Positions 29,464-38,295 of a stretch of 64,000 bases of DNA are shown in pieces. The number at the start of each line of letters is the position of its first letter. Position 1 is the first letter of the stretch. The stretch lies in contig CAVXJH010000003.1 in assembly GCA_963762115.1 (NCBI GenBank), forward strand, positions 192,001 to 256,000, read 5' to 3'. A program made the translations under genes and the position numbers. Below the pieces are notes generated by a model. It was not told the DNA's origin. It worked only from the letters and a program-made list of their open reading frames with translations, and made no database searches. This stretch comes from Candidatus Babeliales bacterium. GTDB lineage: Bacteria; Babelota; Babeliae; Babelales; JANWKD01.

Positions 29464-30501
29464 TTATCGCTGCCAAAGTCCTTGGTCATCAATCTTCATG
29501 GTGCCCAATTCTTGTGATAATTTTTGCATTTTCTGTATGAGTCTTAGTGCATCTTTGCCTTCGGCTTTATTGACTTGCATATTTGAAATGATAGCAGGTA
29601 TTAATTGCAATTTTTGTATCCCCTGCGTGTCTACCGTTACCACAAATAAAAAAGTTTCATCATTTCTTAATACTTTATCAATTGCATAATCATCTAAGAA
29701 GTCACCACAACTATAGAAAATAAGTTTGTTTTTATAGAGTTCAATGCCTTGAAAAATATGAGGACTATGTCCATGAATGATATCAACACCAGCATCAATC
29801 AGGGTATGCGCAAAATCCCTGAAATCTTTGTTGGGTTTCTCTTCCCAATTTGGTCCCCAATGAAGACTAACAATGAGAACATCGGAATTTTTTTTGGTAT
29901 TTTTAATTAAATCTTTAAGTGAATCAGCAGTTTTTTGATGTATGGTAATATAATTAATGCCGGGTTTTTTATCCGTTGCAGCCCAAAGTGCTTCGTTGTC
30001 AGTAAAGCCAAGAACAGCAAAACGAATGCCATTTTTTGTAAAAAATACAGGTCGTTGTGCTTGTTGTAAATTCATACCGGCACCAACATGATAAATATTG
30101 GTCTTATTTAAAGCAATAAGAGTTTCTTCCATGCCTTTGATACCAAAATCAAGGATGTGGTTATTTGCATTGTTTACGATTTGGATATTAGCTTCTTTTA
30201 AAGCGAGAGCATGTTCTGGTTTTGATTTGAAATTGAAGGCCTTTGGGACTTTTTTTTTGTTTGTTGTTAAAGTTGTCTCGAGATTTACCATATTAAAATT
30301 ATTTTTTTTTAATAATGGCAACATAGTTCCCCAAGGATATAGGATGTCTTTTTTTAACATCATTTTATTAACTAATCTGCCAAGCATAACATCTCCTGCA
30401 AGGCCAAAAGTTATATTTTTTTTTGTTGGGACAATAGAAAATGATAAAGAAAGAGTAGATATAAGAATAAAAAGTAATCGAAATGATTTTTTGTGCAACA
30501 T
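29464..30501 (-). CDS. CapA/PgsA-family metallophosphoesterase
   Basis: GDVMLGR, NLET, ANNHILDFG, HWG, GHSPH, GDFLDDY. Confidence 0.9.
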   Translation of the reverse strand: MLHKKSFRLLFILISTLSLSFSIVPTKKNITFGLAGDVMLGRLVNKMMLKKDILYPWGTMLPLLKKNNFNMVNLETTLTTNKKKVPKAFNFKSKPEHALALKEANIQIVNNANNHILDFGIKGMEETLIALNKTNIYHVGAGMNLQQAQRPVFFTKNGIRFAVLGFTDNEALWAATDKKPGINYITIHQKTADSLKDLIKNTKKNSDVLIVSLHWGPNWEEKPNKDFRDFAHTLIDAGVDIIHGHSPHIFQGIELYKNKLIFYSCGDFLDDYAIDKVLRNDETFLFVVTVDTQGIQKLQLIPAIISNMQVNKAEGKDALRLIQKMQKLSQELGTMKIDDQGLWQR

Positions 30502-30649
30502 ATAGTTTTTCCTCTTAAAATATACTCAGTATGTTCTTAAGAAGTATAAAAAAAACAATGCTGAGCACACAAGAGTAGCTCCTTTTGTTTGCTGCCTAAT
30601 GACGCATAATTGATTGTTATGTAAAAAAATTAAAAAATGTGCCTCGTGA

Positions 30650-32014
30650 CTATGAATATTGATTTTTATATTCTTCAACTAATTTTTTAAAACAATTGCC
30701 ACGTTCTTCATAATGAGCAAAAAGATCATAACTTGCGCCGCTTGGTGAAAATAAAATTTGATCTCCTGCTTTTGCTTGCGATAAAGCACCTTTAAATGCT
30801 TCTTCAAGAGTGGCAAATGCAAAGCAGGGAATAGCGTGTAATTCGGCGTGTTTTTTTAAAAAATCAGCTTCTGTGCCAAAGCAAAAAATAGTAGAAACGT
30901 TATTTTTTAATTCTTTGAAAGCAGTTGTTCGATCAACGCCTTTACTGATGCCGCCCATAAAGAGTACAATTGGTTTTCCTTGTAATTTTTTAACGGCGGC
31001 CAGTGTTGCTTCGATAATGGTACCTTTGGAATCATTATAAAAATCAAGGTGATTTATTGTTGCTACTTTTTCGATGCGATGAGAAGGTAAGGTGAGCGAT
31101 GGCAGTGATTGTAATATATCTTGAGGAATATCAAGAAGAGTCAAAGCCGCGCTTATGATGAGCCAATTTTGTGCAAAAGTAATATCTGGCAATAGTGTTA
31201 GATTTATTACAGCGGTTGTTTGATGAGTATGTAACCGCATAATGCTCTTGTTTTTAAGCCAAAAAAAGTTTGCATGAGGAAACTGTTTTTGCTGATCTTT
31301 TGTCGGTGCTTGATCACAAAAAAAATGAAATTGTTGAATATAGTTTTTGAGCGATCGAGTAATCATGGGTGCAAGATTTAGGGGAACTAATGCTTGTTGG
31401 TTTTTTTTTTGTTGAGCAAGAAGCATACATTTTGCTTTAAAATAATTTTCTAATGAGCCGTGCCTATCAAGATGATTAGGAAAAAAATTTGTCCAAATTG
31501 CTAAATCCGGCGCAAATGAGGAGCATGATTCAAGTTGAAAGCTAGAAAGTTCTAGTAATGCATAGTCAACAGTTTTTTGTTGCCCTATCAATGAAAGCAT
31601 GCCGGTGCCGATGTTGCCACCCGTTGCTACTTTTTTTTGAGTGCCAAGAATAGAAGATAAAAGGTGCGTTATACTTGTTTTGCCAATGGTACCAGTTATG
31701 GCGATGATTGGTTTTTTGAATTCATGATAAAAAAGATCAAGTTCGGTAATAAATTTATGTTTGTAGCTTTCATAGGGGCGTAGATCAATGCCAGGACTTG
31801 CCAAAATGAGATCATGTTCTTCTAAAAAAAAAGTACATTTTTCTTGAGGTATAAACGTACTTTTCGATTCTTGAATTAACAAATATTCTTCTTGGGTTAA
31901 TTGTTTTGCATCCATAACATTTGTTACAAAACCATGCTTTGCAAAATATGCTAATGCAGTTTTTCCAACAACGCCGAAACCCCAAATGCCGATTTTTTTA
32001 GTAGATAGATTCAT
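30650..32014 (-). CDS. murD: UDP-MurNAc-L-Ala:D-Glu ligase
   Basis: SPGI, ITGTIGKT, GGNIG, LELSSFQL, HLDRH, NDSKGT, SPSGASYD..YEERG. Confidence 0.93.
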   Translation of the reverse strand: MNLSTKKIGIWGFGVVGKTALAYFAKHGFVTNVMDAKQLTQEEYLLIQESKSTFIPQEKCTFFLEEHDLILASPGIDLRPYESYKHKFITELDLFYHEFKKPIIAITGTIGKTSITHLLSSILGTQKKVATGGNIGTGMLSLIGQQKTVDYALLELSSFQLESCSSFAPDLAIWTNFFPNHLDRHGSLENYFKAKCMLLAQQKKNQQALVPLNLAPMITRSLKNYIQQFHFFCDQAPTKDQQKQFPHANFFWLKNKSIMRLHTHQTTAVINLTLLPDITFAQNWLIISAALTLLDIPQDILQSLPSLTLPSHRIEKVATINHLDFYNDSKGTIIEATLAAVKKLQGKPIVLFMGGISKGVDRTTAFKELKNNVSTIFCFGTEADFLKKHAELHAIPCFAFATLEEAFKGALSQAKAGDQILFSPSGASYDLFAHYEERGNCFKKLVEEYKNQYS

Positions 32015-32151
32015 TTTTTTGTACTTTTATAAAAAACAAATATTTTTCCTCTATAATAACATTTTTTTTATAATTTTCATTGCTTTACGTGTTAAAATAA
32101 ATACAGTAAAATTTCCTTACATTTTTAAACATATATTCTTAAGGGTTTTTC

Positions 32152-32469
32152 ATGAATATTTTGCATACATTGTTTTTTGTATCTTTGACATACTGTTCAT
32201 CGTATGCGATGCAACATGATGGTATTTTATCAAAAGGAATATTAGAAGGTCCTGTTGGTGTCATTGAGACGTATGGCAGAACAACCAATGCCATTAGAAT
32301 GTGGGTTAGTTGTCATACTCAAGCAAAAAATCTTTATTTTTCAGGATATATTTATGATATTTTTCAGAGTGACATGAGTGTTACCTTATACAATACGAAA
32401 GAAACAAAAGCATTGTGGGATGCATTAAAGAGTGAGTATAAAAAATTAGACGATGAATTAAAAAATTGA
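32152..32469 (+). CDS. Small secreted protein, paralog family member 1
   Basis: Signal ending SYA-MQ; YFSGY...TKALWDALKSEY. Confidence 0.8.
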   Translation: MNILHTLFFVSLTYCSSYAMQHDGILSKGILEGPVGVIETYGRTTNAIRMWVSCHTQAKNLYFSGYIYDIFQSDMSVTLYNTKETKALWDALKSEYKKLDDELKN

Positions 32470-32483
32470 GTAAAGGAGTAAGT

Positions 32484-32804
32484 ATGAAAATTTTATTGGT
32501 AATTTTTTCTGTTTCTTTGTTTTGTGCTAAAACAGTGGCAATGCATAGTAATGATTGCGGTACGTTAAAAAAAGAACTACATAAAGGTGTTGAAGCTTAT
32601 ATTAGAACAACTGATTTAGGAAAGAGAATATATGTTCAGCGCCAAGAAAAAGATGGCATAGAATGTTTTGCGGGGTATGAGGGAGATATTTTTGGTAGGG
32701 TTCCGATGACTAAATTACCTAATGATACATCAACGGCAAAATTATGGTATGAATTGCATAATGATTTTCAAGAACTAAATAAAATAAATGATATAAAGGA
32801 GTAA
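32484..32804 (+). CDS. Small secreted protein, paralog family member 2
   Basis: AAGGAG RBS; TVA-MH; CFAGY...TAKLWYELHNDF. Confidence 0.8.
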   Translation: MKILLVIFSVSLFCAKTVAMHSNDCGTLKKELHKGVEAYIRTTDLGKRIYVQRQEKDGIECFAGYEGDIFGRVPMTKLPNDTSTAKLWYELHNDFQELNKINDIKE

Positions 32805-32806
32805 GT

Positions 32807-33178
32807 ATGAAATTTTTGAATGCAATGTTCGCTATTTGTTTATTTAGCGGTGTTGCCCAGGGTATGCAAGATGGTGGGAAAATAGAAAAAAGAGAGCCCG
32901 ATTTTGGGAGTGGGCCTGTAGTTGCTTATGTTCAAAAATCTGAGACGGCCATGCTTTATGTTCAAAGGCGAGTTGAAAATGATGGTCAAGAATATTTTTT
33001 AGGACATATAAGTGCTTTACCGCTCTATTTGGGTGGTACAACTGAACTTGATAATGGCGAATTTACTAAGAAGTTGTGGTTTGGTTTAAATTATGAATAT
33101 GCTAAAAGTAATCAAAAATCGAAATCACCTAAAGATATTATTGGTCATTTTGAACAATTAATAATAAAAAATAAATAA
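32807..33178 (+). CDS. Small secreted protein, paralog family member 3
   Basis: AAGGAG RBS; AQG-MQ; YFLGH...TKKLWFGLNYEY. Confidence 0.8.
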   Translation: MKFLNAMFAICLFSGVAQGMQDGGKIEKREPDFGSGPVVAYVQKSETAMLYVQRRVENDGQEYFLGHISALPLYLGGTTELDNGEFTKKLWFGLNYEYAKSNQKSKSPKDIIGHFEQLIIKNK

Positions 33179-33183
33179 TTAAT

Positions 33184-33208
33184 AGAGGGAAGCTAAAAAC
33201 TTCCCTCT
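33184..33208 (+). terminator. Hairpin terminator
   Basis: AGAGGGAAG / CTTCCCTCT. Confidence 0.65.
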
Positions 33209-33315
33209 TGTGCTTCTTGAAATTCTATTTGAATAAAAGCTTGTAAAATTAAAAATATATGTTAAGATATGAGTAATGATTATCTTATTTTTATATTTTT
33301 AACAGAGGTATTATC

Positions 33316-33459
33316 ATGTCAGTCGATATGAGTGCTTATTCGTTTTTTCCCGTTTTTTCAGAAGTAATATTCTGCCCACATTCTTTTTATAATCATTTTT
33401 CTCTCATTATTACCATTTCTATTATTATTACCTCAATTATTCTGCCTCTAGCGCAGTAA
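33316..33459 (+). CDS. Possible 47-aa small ORF with Ile-rich end
   Basis: AGAGGT RBS; MSVDMSAYSFFPVFSEVIFCPHSFYNHFSLIITISIIITSIILPLAQ*. Confidence 0.3.
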   Translation: MSVDMSAYSFFPVFSEVIFCPHSFYNHFSLIITISIIITSIILPLAQ

Positions 33460-33596
33460 GAGGATCTTTTTCACCCCTATTTTTTTGTTATGTAGGTACT
33501 TTTTTTAGGTACAGTTTTTATGAGTTTTATAGTTTGATCTAGCATTGTTTTTTATTACTTTTGCTTTATTAACTATTATTTTTAAGGAATTTTAAT

Positions 33597-34514
33597 ATGT
33601 TGAAACATATATTTTTACTTTTTATGTTGTTTGGCAGTTTGTTTTGTGCTTTTTTTGGGTATGGTATGGATCAACAAACTAAACAAGAAATTGAACAAAC
33701 AAATGCGAGATATCTTGCTTGTGTTGGGACAGAAGATGTTCCGCAAAAAATACAGGATCGTACCGATGCACTTTGTATAACTTTTCAAAAAAAGGGTTTA
33801 TTGAATAAAGATACTAAGGTGCTTGTTAAATATTTAAGTAATACTATGGTAGATTATTTACGCAAGTCGGGGACTATCACTTGGAACAATCGTCTTAATA
33901 ATGGTCAAGATTTAATGCATATATCTTGTGAACATGATGAATTAACAGATGAAGAGATTGATTCGGCTTTTGGTCATGAACTTGCGCATATTGTCTTGGA
34001 TCAGAATAAACATTTAAATCCTCATTATTATATGAAAAATCTTCATTTATTTTTATTGGCTTATTCTTCAGCGTGGCCAGTTACATCGTTGTGTACGATA
34101 ATGGCATTAACGAAATTGGGAAGAAAAAAACTTCCTATTTCTTCATTTAAACAAATAAAATATGAAATTGGTGGTACTGCTTTGGCAATTGTTGGGGCGC
34201 ATGAAGCTACCACATATTTATTTAGTCAGGTAAAAGAACATCATGATCGTCCTGTGCATAGTGCATCTCGTATGACCTATCGTTTTTTGCATACATTTCA
34301 AGAAGTAGAATGTGATGTTATTGCTGCATTAAGTATACCAAACGGTGGTCGGGCTGGTAAATCATTGTATGAAAAATTCTTACAGCATTGTGGCGATCAA
34401 GATGGCGCTCTCCATAATTATCCGTGGCTCTCAACACGTGTTTGGTATCATGATAAAATTGAGCAAATGCAAAATTTGTTTACAACAAAGAAAGAAGGAC
34501 CAACGCTTAAATAA
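33597..34514 (+). CDS. Secreted zinc metallopeptidase (M48-like)
   Basis: GHELAH, two hydrophobic helices, EVECD, YP....R; signal ending GYG-MD. Confidence 0.75.
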   Translation: MLKHIFLLFMLFGSLFCAFFGYGMDQQTKQEIEQTNARYLACVGTEDVPQKIQDRTDALCITFQKKGLLNKDTKVLVKYLSNTMVDYLRKSGTITWNNRLNNGQDLMHISCEHDELTDEEIDSAFGHELAHIVLDQNKHLNPHYYMKNLHLFLLAYSSAWPVTSLCTIMALTKLGRKKLPISSFKQIKYEIGGTALAIVGAHEATTYLFSQVKEHHDRPVHSASRMTYRFLHTFQEVECDVIAALSIPNGGRAGKSLYEKFLQHCGDQDGALHNYPWLSTRVWYHDKIEQMQNLFTTKKEGPTLK

Positions 34515-34586
34515 TTCAGACAAGAGGCTTTATTTTTGCTAGAATTTTTTAATATAAAGAAATTAAAATATGAAAGAATATAAACC

Positions 34587-37526
34587 ATGACTCAAGAAAA
34601 AAATACAACACATGAAGTAAGTGCGGGAAGTTTTAAAGATACATTAAATTTACCGCATACAGATTTTCCTATTCGTCCAAATTTGAAAGTTGAAGATAAG
34701 GAAATGATTGAACGGTGGGAACGTGAAAATCTTTTTTTTAAATCATTCATGCATAATGAAGGTGAAAAAAAATATATTTTGCACGATGGTCCACCGTATG
34801 CAAATGGCTTTATTCATCTTGGTACAGCCTACAATAAAATTTTAAAAGATATTATTGGAAAATCACATCGTATGACTGGTTTGCATGTTCCCATAACGCC
34901 TGGATGGGATTGTCATGGATTGCCTATTGAAAAGAAAGTTACCACAGAGTTTCCTGATTTAAAAGCTGAAGATCTTAAAAAAGAATGTCGTGCCTATGCT
35001 GCTAAATGGGTTGAAGAACAGAAGACTCAGTTTAAAGGTCTCGGGGTACTTATGGATTGGGAGCATCCTTATTTAACAATGAATTTTGGCTATGAAGCTT
35101 CAATTGTGCGTGCTTTTGGTAAACTTGTTGAAAAAAATTATATAGAAAAGAAGAAAAAAACAGTTGCGTGGTGTTTTCATGATCAAACCGTGTTAGCAGC
35201 GGCCGAAATTGAATATAAAGAGCGTAAAGATCCTTCAATTTATGTTTCATTTAAACTTTCTGAACAAGCAATAGAAAAAATTGTCCCTTCGCTCAAAAAT
35301 GAATCAGTGAGTGTTTTGGTCTGGACAACAACGCCATGGACGTTGCCATTAAATCGTGCGGTGTTGCTTAAACCTGATACTGATTATCAAATTTTACGGG
35401 TGAATGAACACTATTATAGTGTTGCCGCTGCATTAGCAGATAAGGTATGTGCTTTATTACATGTTACAAAAAATGTTGTGGCAACGGTGAAATCTGAAGT
35501 ATTGGCTGATTACACCGTGCATCATCCTTTTATTGATGATTTAGAAGTGCCACTTTTACTTGATCATTCTGTTTCAACTGATGATGGAACTGCCGCGGTG
35601 CATTGTGCGCCAGGATGTGGTCCGATCGATTATGAAGTTGCTTTAAAAAATAATCTTGAAATATTTTCACCTATTAGTGCTGATGGCAAATATGTTATTG
35701 GTATTGAACCAGCAGAATTAATTGGCATGTCGATCACTGATGGGCAAATATGGGTACTCAAAAAGTTAACGGAAAAAAATGCCTTAGTATATAAAACATC
35801 AATTCGTCATTCATATCCTCATTGTTGGCGCTGTAGCGAGGGGCTTATTTTCCGAGCAACAAATCAATGGTTTTGTAGTTTAGAGCATGATAATTTAAAG
35901 CAACGAGCTTTAGAGGCAATTGAAGAAATAACTTTTATGCCGGCAAAATCAATTAATTATTTAAAAGCAACAGTAAGCGGACGTTTGGAATGGTGCCTAT
36001 CACGCCAACGAGTGTGGGGTGTGCCCATTCCTGCATTGCTGTGTACCAATTGTGATTATGTACACACGAATGTCGATTTAATTAATGCTGTTGCTGATGG
36101 CGTTGAACAACATGGTGTTGAATATTGGGATACCGTTTCATTGCATGAGCTTGGTCATAATATAGATCAATGTCCGCAATGTTCATCAACGAAATTAGTT
36201 AAAGAAAAAGATATTTTAGATGTTTGGTTTGATTCTGGCGTGAGTCACTATGCCGTGTTGGAACAAAATCCACATTTGGCATTTCCTGCTGATATATATT
36301 CAGAAGGCGTTGATCAACATAGAGGGTGGTTCCAAAGTTCTTTGCTGACAAGTATGGTTTTAGAAAAAACAGCTTGTACAAAATCTTTTTTGACTCACGG
36401 TTTTATTGTTGATGAGCGCGGTCAAAAAATGTCAAAATCACTTGGTAATGTTGTTTCTCCTGAAGAAGTCATTACAGCATTAGGAGTTGATGGTTTGCGC
36501 TTATGGGCATCAAGCATTGATTATGGCGGTGATATTGTTGTTTCAAAGGTGGTGTTACAAAATGTTGCGCAAGTGTATAGAAAAATTCGTAATACCTGCC
36601 GATTTTTACTTTCTAATTTGTATGATTTTGAGTATGAAAAAGATGCATTGCCTTTGCATGACTTTGCCGTGTTGGAACAGTTTGCTTTTGAAGAATTATT
36701 TGAATTAAATAGTGCCGTTTTGCAAAAATATGCAGCGTATGATTTTACCGCAGTGTTTCATATGCTTAATGATTATTGTTCAGTTGCTTTAAGTTCACGT
36801 TATCTTGATATTATCAAAGACCGGTTATACACCGAAAAAGCAAATGGCAACGAGCGGCGTGGTGCGCAAACAATGTGTTGGTTGATTTTGGATACCTTAA
36901 CGAAATTGATGGCACCAGTTTTATCATTAACGGCGGAACAAGTTTCAGATTTTTATCAAAAAGATAAAAAACATTCAATTCATTTACAAAATTTTAATAT
37001 ATTAGAATCAATATGGGCTTTAGTTGCACAACAAAAAAATCTTGTGCGATGGGCGCCAGTTCCTTTACATCACCAAGCAGCATTAGAAAAAATTACACAA
37101 CAAGGACAAGATTTTGCCGTTGTAGCAAAACGCAAAAAACAAGAGGTATTATTATTGTCATTGCGTTCAGCGTTATTAAAAGCTATTGAAGGGCAACGGG
37201 AAAAAGGGCTGATTAAGCATTCTTTGGAAGCGCAACTTTTGGTATATTTTGATTTGACTGATGATCAAAAAGAACTTTTGGCTGATTTTGTGCAATTGTT
37301 AAAAGAAAAAAATCAATCATTAGAAGCTTTCTTAAAAGAATTTCTTATTGTTTCACAGGTTACCATACAAAAGTCGGCAGACAGTTTATCGGTGACAGAA
37401 TTACCAGGATTATCTGCACGTGTTGAACAAGCACAAGGTGTAAAATGTCCTCGCTGTTGGAACTGGGATATCACTGATCATAAAGATGGTTTGTGTCATC
37501 GTTGTCAACGGGTATTAGGTAATTAG
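34587..37526 (+). CDS. ileS: Isoleucine-tRNA ligase (type 1)
   Basis: LHDGPPYANG.IHLG, GWDCHGLPIE, WTTTPWTLP, KMSKS, C-terminal CPRCW zinc finger. Confidence 0.97.
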   Translation: MTQEKNTTHEVSAGSFKDTLNLPHTDFPIRPNLKVEDKEMIERWERENLFFKSFMHNEGEKKYILHDGPPYANGFIHLGTAYNKILKDIIGKSHRMTGLHVPITPGWDCHGLPIEKKVTTEFPDLKAEDLKKECRAYAAKWVEEQKTQFKGLGVLMDWEHPYLTMNFGYEASIVRAFGKLVEKNYIEKKKKTVAWCFHDQTVLAAAEIEYKERKDPSIYVSFKLSEQAIEKIVPSLKNESVSVLVWTTTPWTLPLNRAVLLKPDTDYQILRVNEHYYSVAAALADKVCALLHVTKNVVATVKSEVLADYTVHHPFIDDLEVPLLLDHSVSTDDGTAAVHCAPGCGPIDYEVALKNNLEIFSPISADGKYVIGIEPAELIGMSITDGQIWVLKKLTEKNALVYKTSIRHSYPHCWRCSEGLIFRATNQWFCSLEHDNLKQRALEAIEEITFMPAKSINYLKATVSGRLEWCLSRQRVWGVPIPALLCTNCDYVHTNVDLINAVADGVEQHGVEYWDTVSLHELGHNIDQCPQCSSTKLVKEKDILDVWFDSGVSHYAVLEQNPHLAFPADIYSEGVDQHRGWFQSSLLTSMVLEKTACTKSFLTHGFIVDERGQKMSKSLGNVVSPEEVITALGVDGLRLWASSIDYGGDIVVSKVVLQNVAQVYRKIRNTCRFLLSNLYDFEYEKDALPLHDFAVLEQFAFEELFELNSAVLQKYAAYDFTAVFHMLNDYCSVALSSRYLDIIKDRLYTEKANGNERRGAQTMCWLILDTLTKLMAPVLSLTAEQVSDFYQKDKKHSIHLQNFNILESIWALVAQQKNLVRWAPVPLHHQAALEKITQQGQDFAVVAKRKKQEVLLLSLRSALLKAIEGQREKGLIKHSLEAQLLVYFDLTDDQKELLADFVQLLKEKNQSLEAFLKEFLIVSQVTIQKSADSLSVTELPGLSARVEQAQGVKCPRCWNWDITDHKDGLCHRCQRVLGN

Positions 37527-37571
37527 TTAACATTATTCTTTTTTATAGCGCTCATAGATTTAAAAGCAGTA

Positions 37572-37919
37572 TCATTTGATAACCAAATGATACTGCTTTT
37601 TTTTGATTATTTCATATAAATAAGCATTTTTTAAGTCTAACCAACATTTTTTTGTCTCTTCTGAATCAGTAAGAATAATTGGTCGTGAAAAGTTATGATT
37701 GCGTGCCAAAACACCTGAATAATTGACTTCTTTAGTTTTGTTATTTGTTGTTTGTTTGATTTCGATAAGATGGAATTCATATGATTTAGAAAAAGAAATT
37801 TCTTTATGCAATCTTGTTGTGCGTTCGTATTTTTTTATAGCAGGTGTCTTTTCCATGCCAGAGAGAGTAAAGGCAACAGTGCTGATTACGAGCATTAGAA
37901 TAGAGTGCAATAATTTCAT
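37572..37919 (-). CDS. Small secreted protein, paralog family member 4
   Basis: GGAG RBS; LSG-ME; YSGV...TKKCWLDLKNAY. Confidence 0.78.
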   Translation of the reverse strand: MKLLHSILMLVISTVAFTLSGMEKTPAIKKYERTTRLHKEISFSKSYEFHLIEIKQTTNNKTKEVNYSGVLARNHNFSRPIILTDSEETKKCWLDLKNAYLYEIIKKKQYHLVIK

Positions 37920-37998
37920 AAGAACTCCTAAGGTGCGTTTTTTATTATATTTTGTGATTATCCTAATGCAAACAAAGATAAAAAACAATATATGCAGA

Positions 37999-38238
37999 TT
38001 AAGTATTAATTATAGGGAGATTTGCGTTATCATTAACTAACTTGGCTCTTTTTGCTTCATTTTCAAGGTATAATAGCATGCACATATGATGCGTTTTGAA
38101 TTTGGCAGTATTAGATTTGAGAGGTCTGGGACTTAAAAAAATCGGTTTTTTATTATTCGTAGGATTTTTTCTCACCATACAAAATAAAGCAGCGTTATTA
38201 CCTATAAGTATACATACAAAATATATTCTTAATTTCAT
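37999..38238 (-). CDS. Small secreted basic protein
   Basis: AGGAGG RBS; signal peptide ending LFC-MV. Confidence 0.6.
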   Translation of the reverse strand: MKLRIYFVCILIGNNAALFCMVRKNPTNNKKPIFLSPRPLKSNTAKFKTHHMCMLLYLENEAKRAKLVNDNANLPIINT

Positions 38239-38295
38239 AGAAATCCTCCTTTTAATAGTTATTTTATAGATACTACTAAAAGGAGGATTAATTTT

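Noticed and set aside
29464..32014. capA plus Mur-ligase as a poly-gamma-glutamate (capBCA) locus
   Set aside because: The ligase has MurD-specific C-terminal motifs (SP..ASYD...YEERG), and there is no capC
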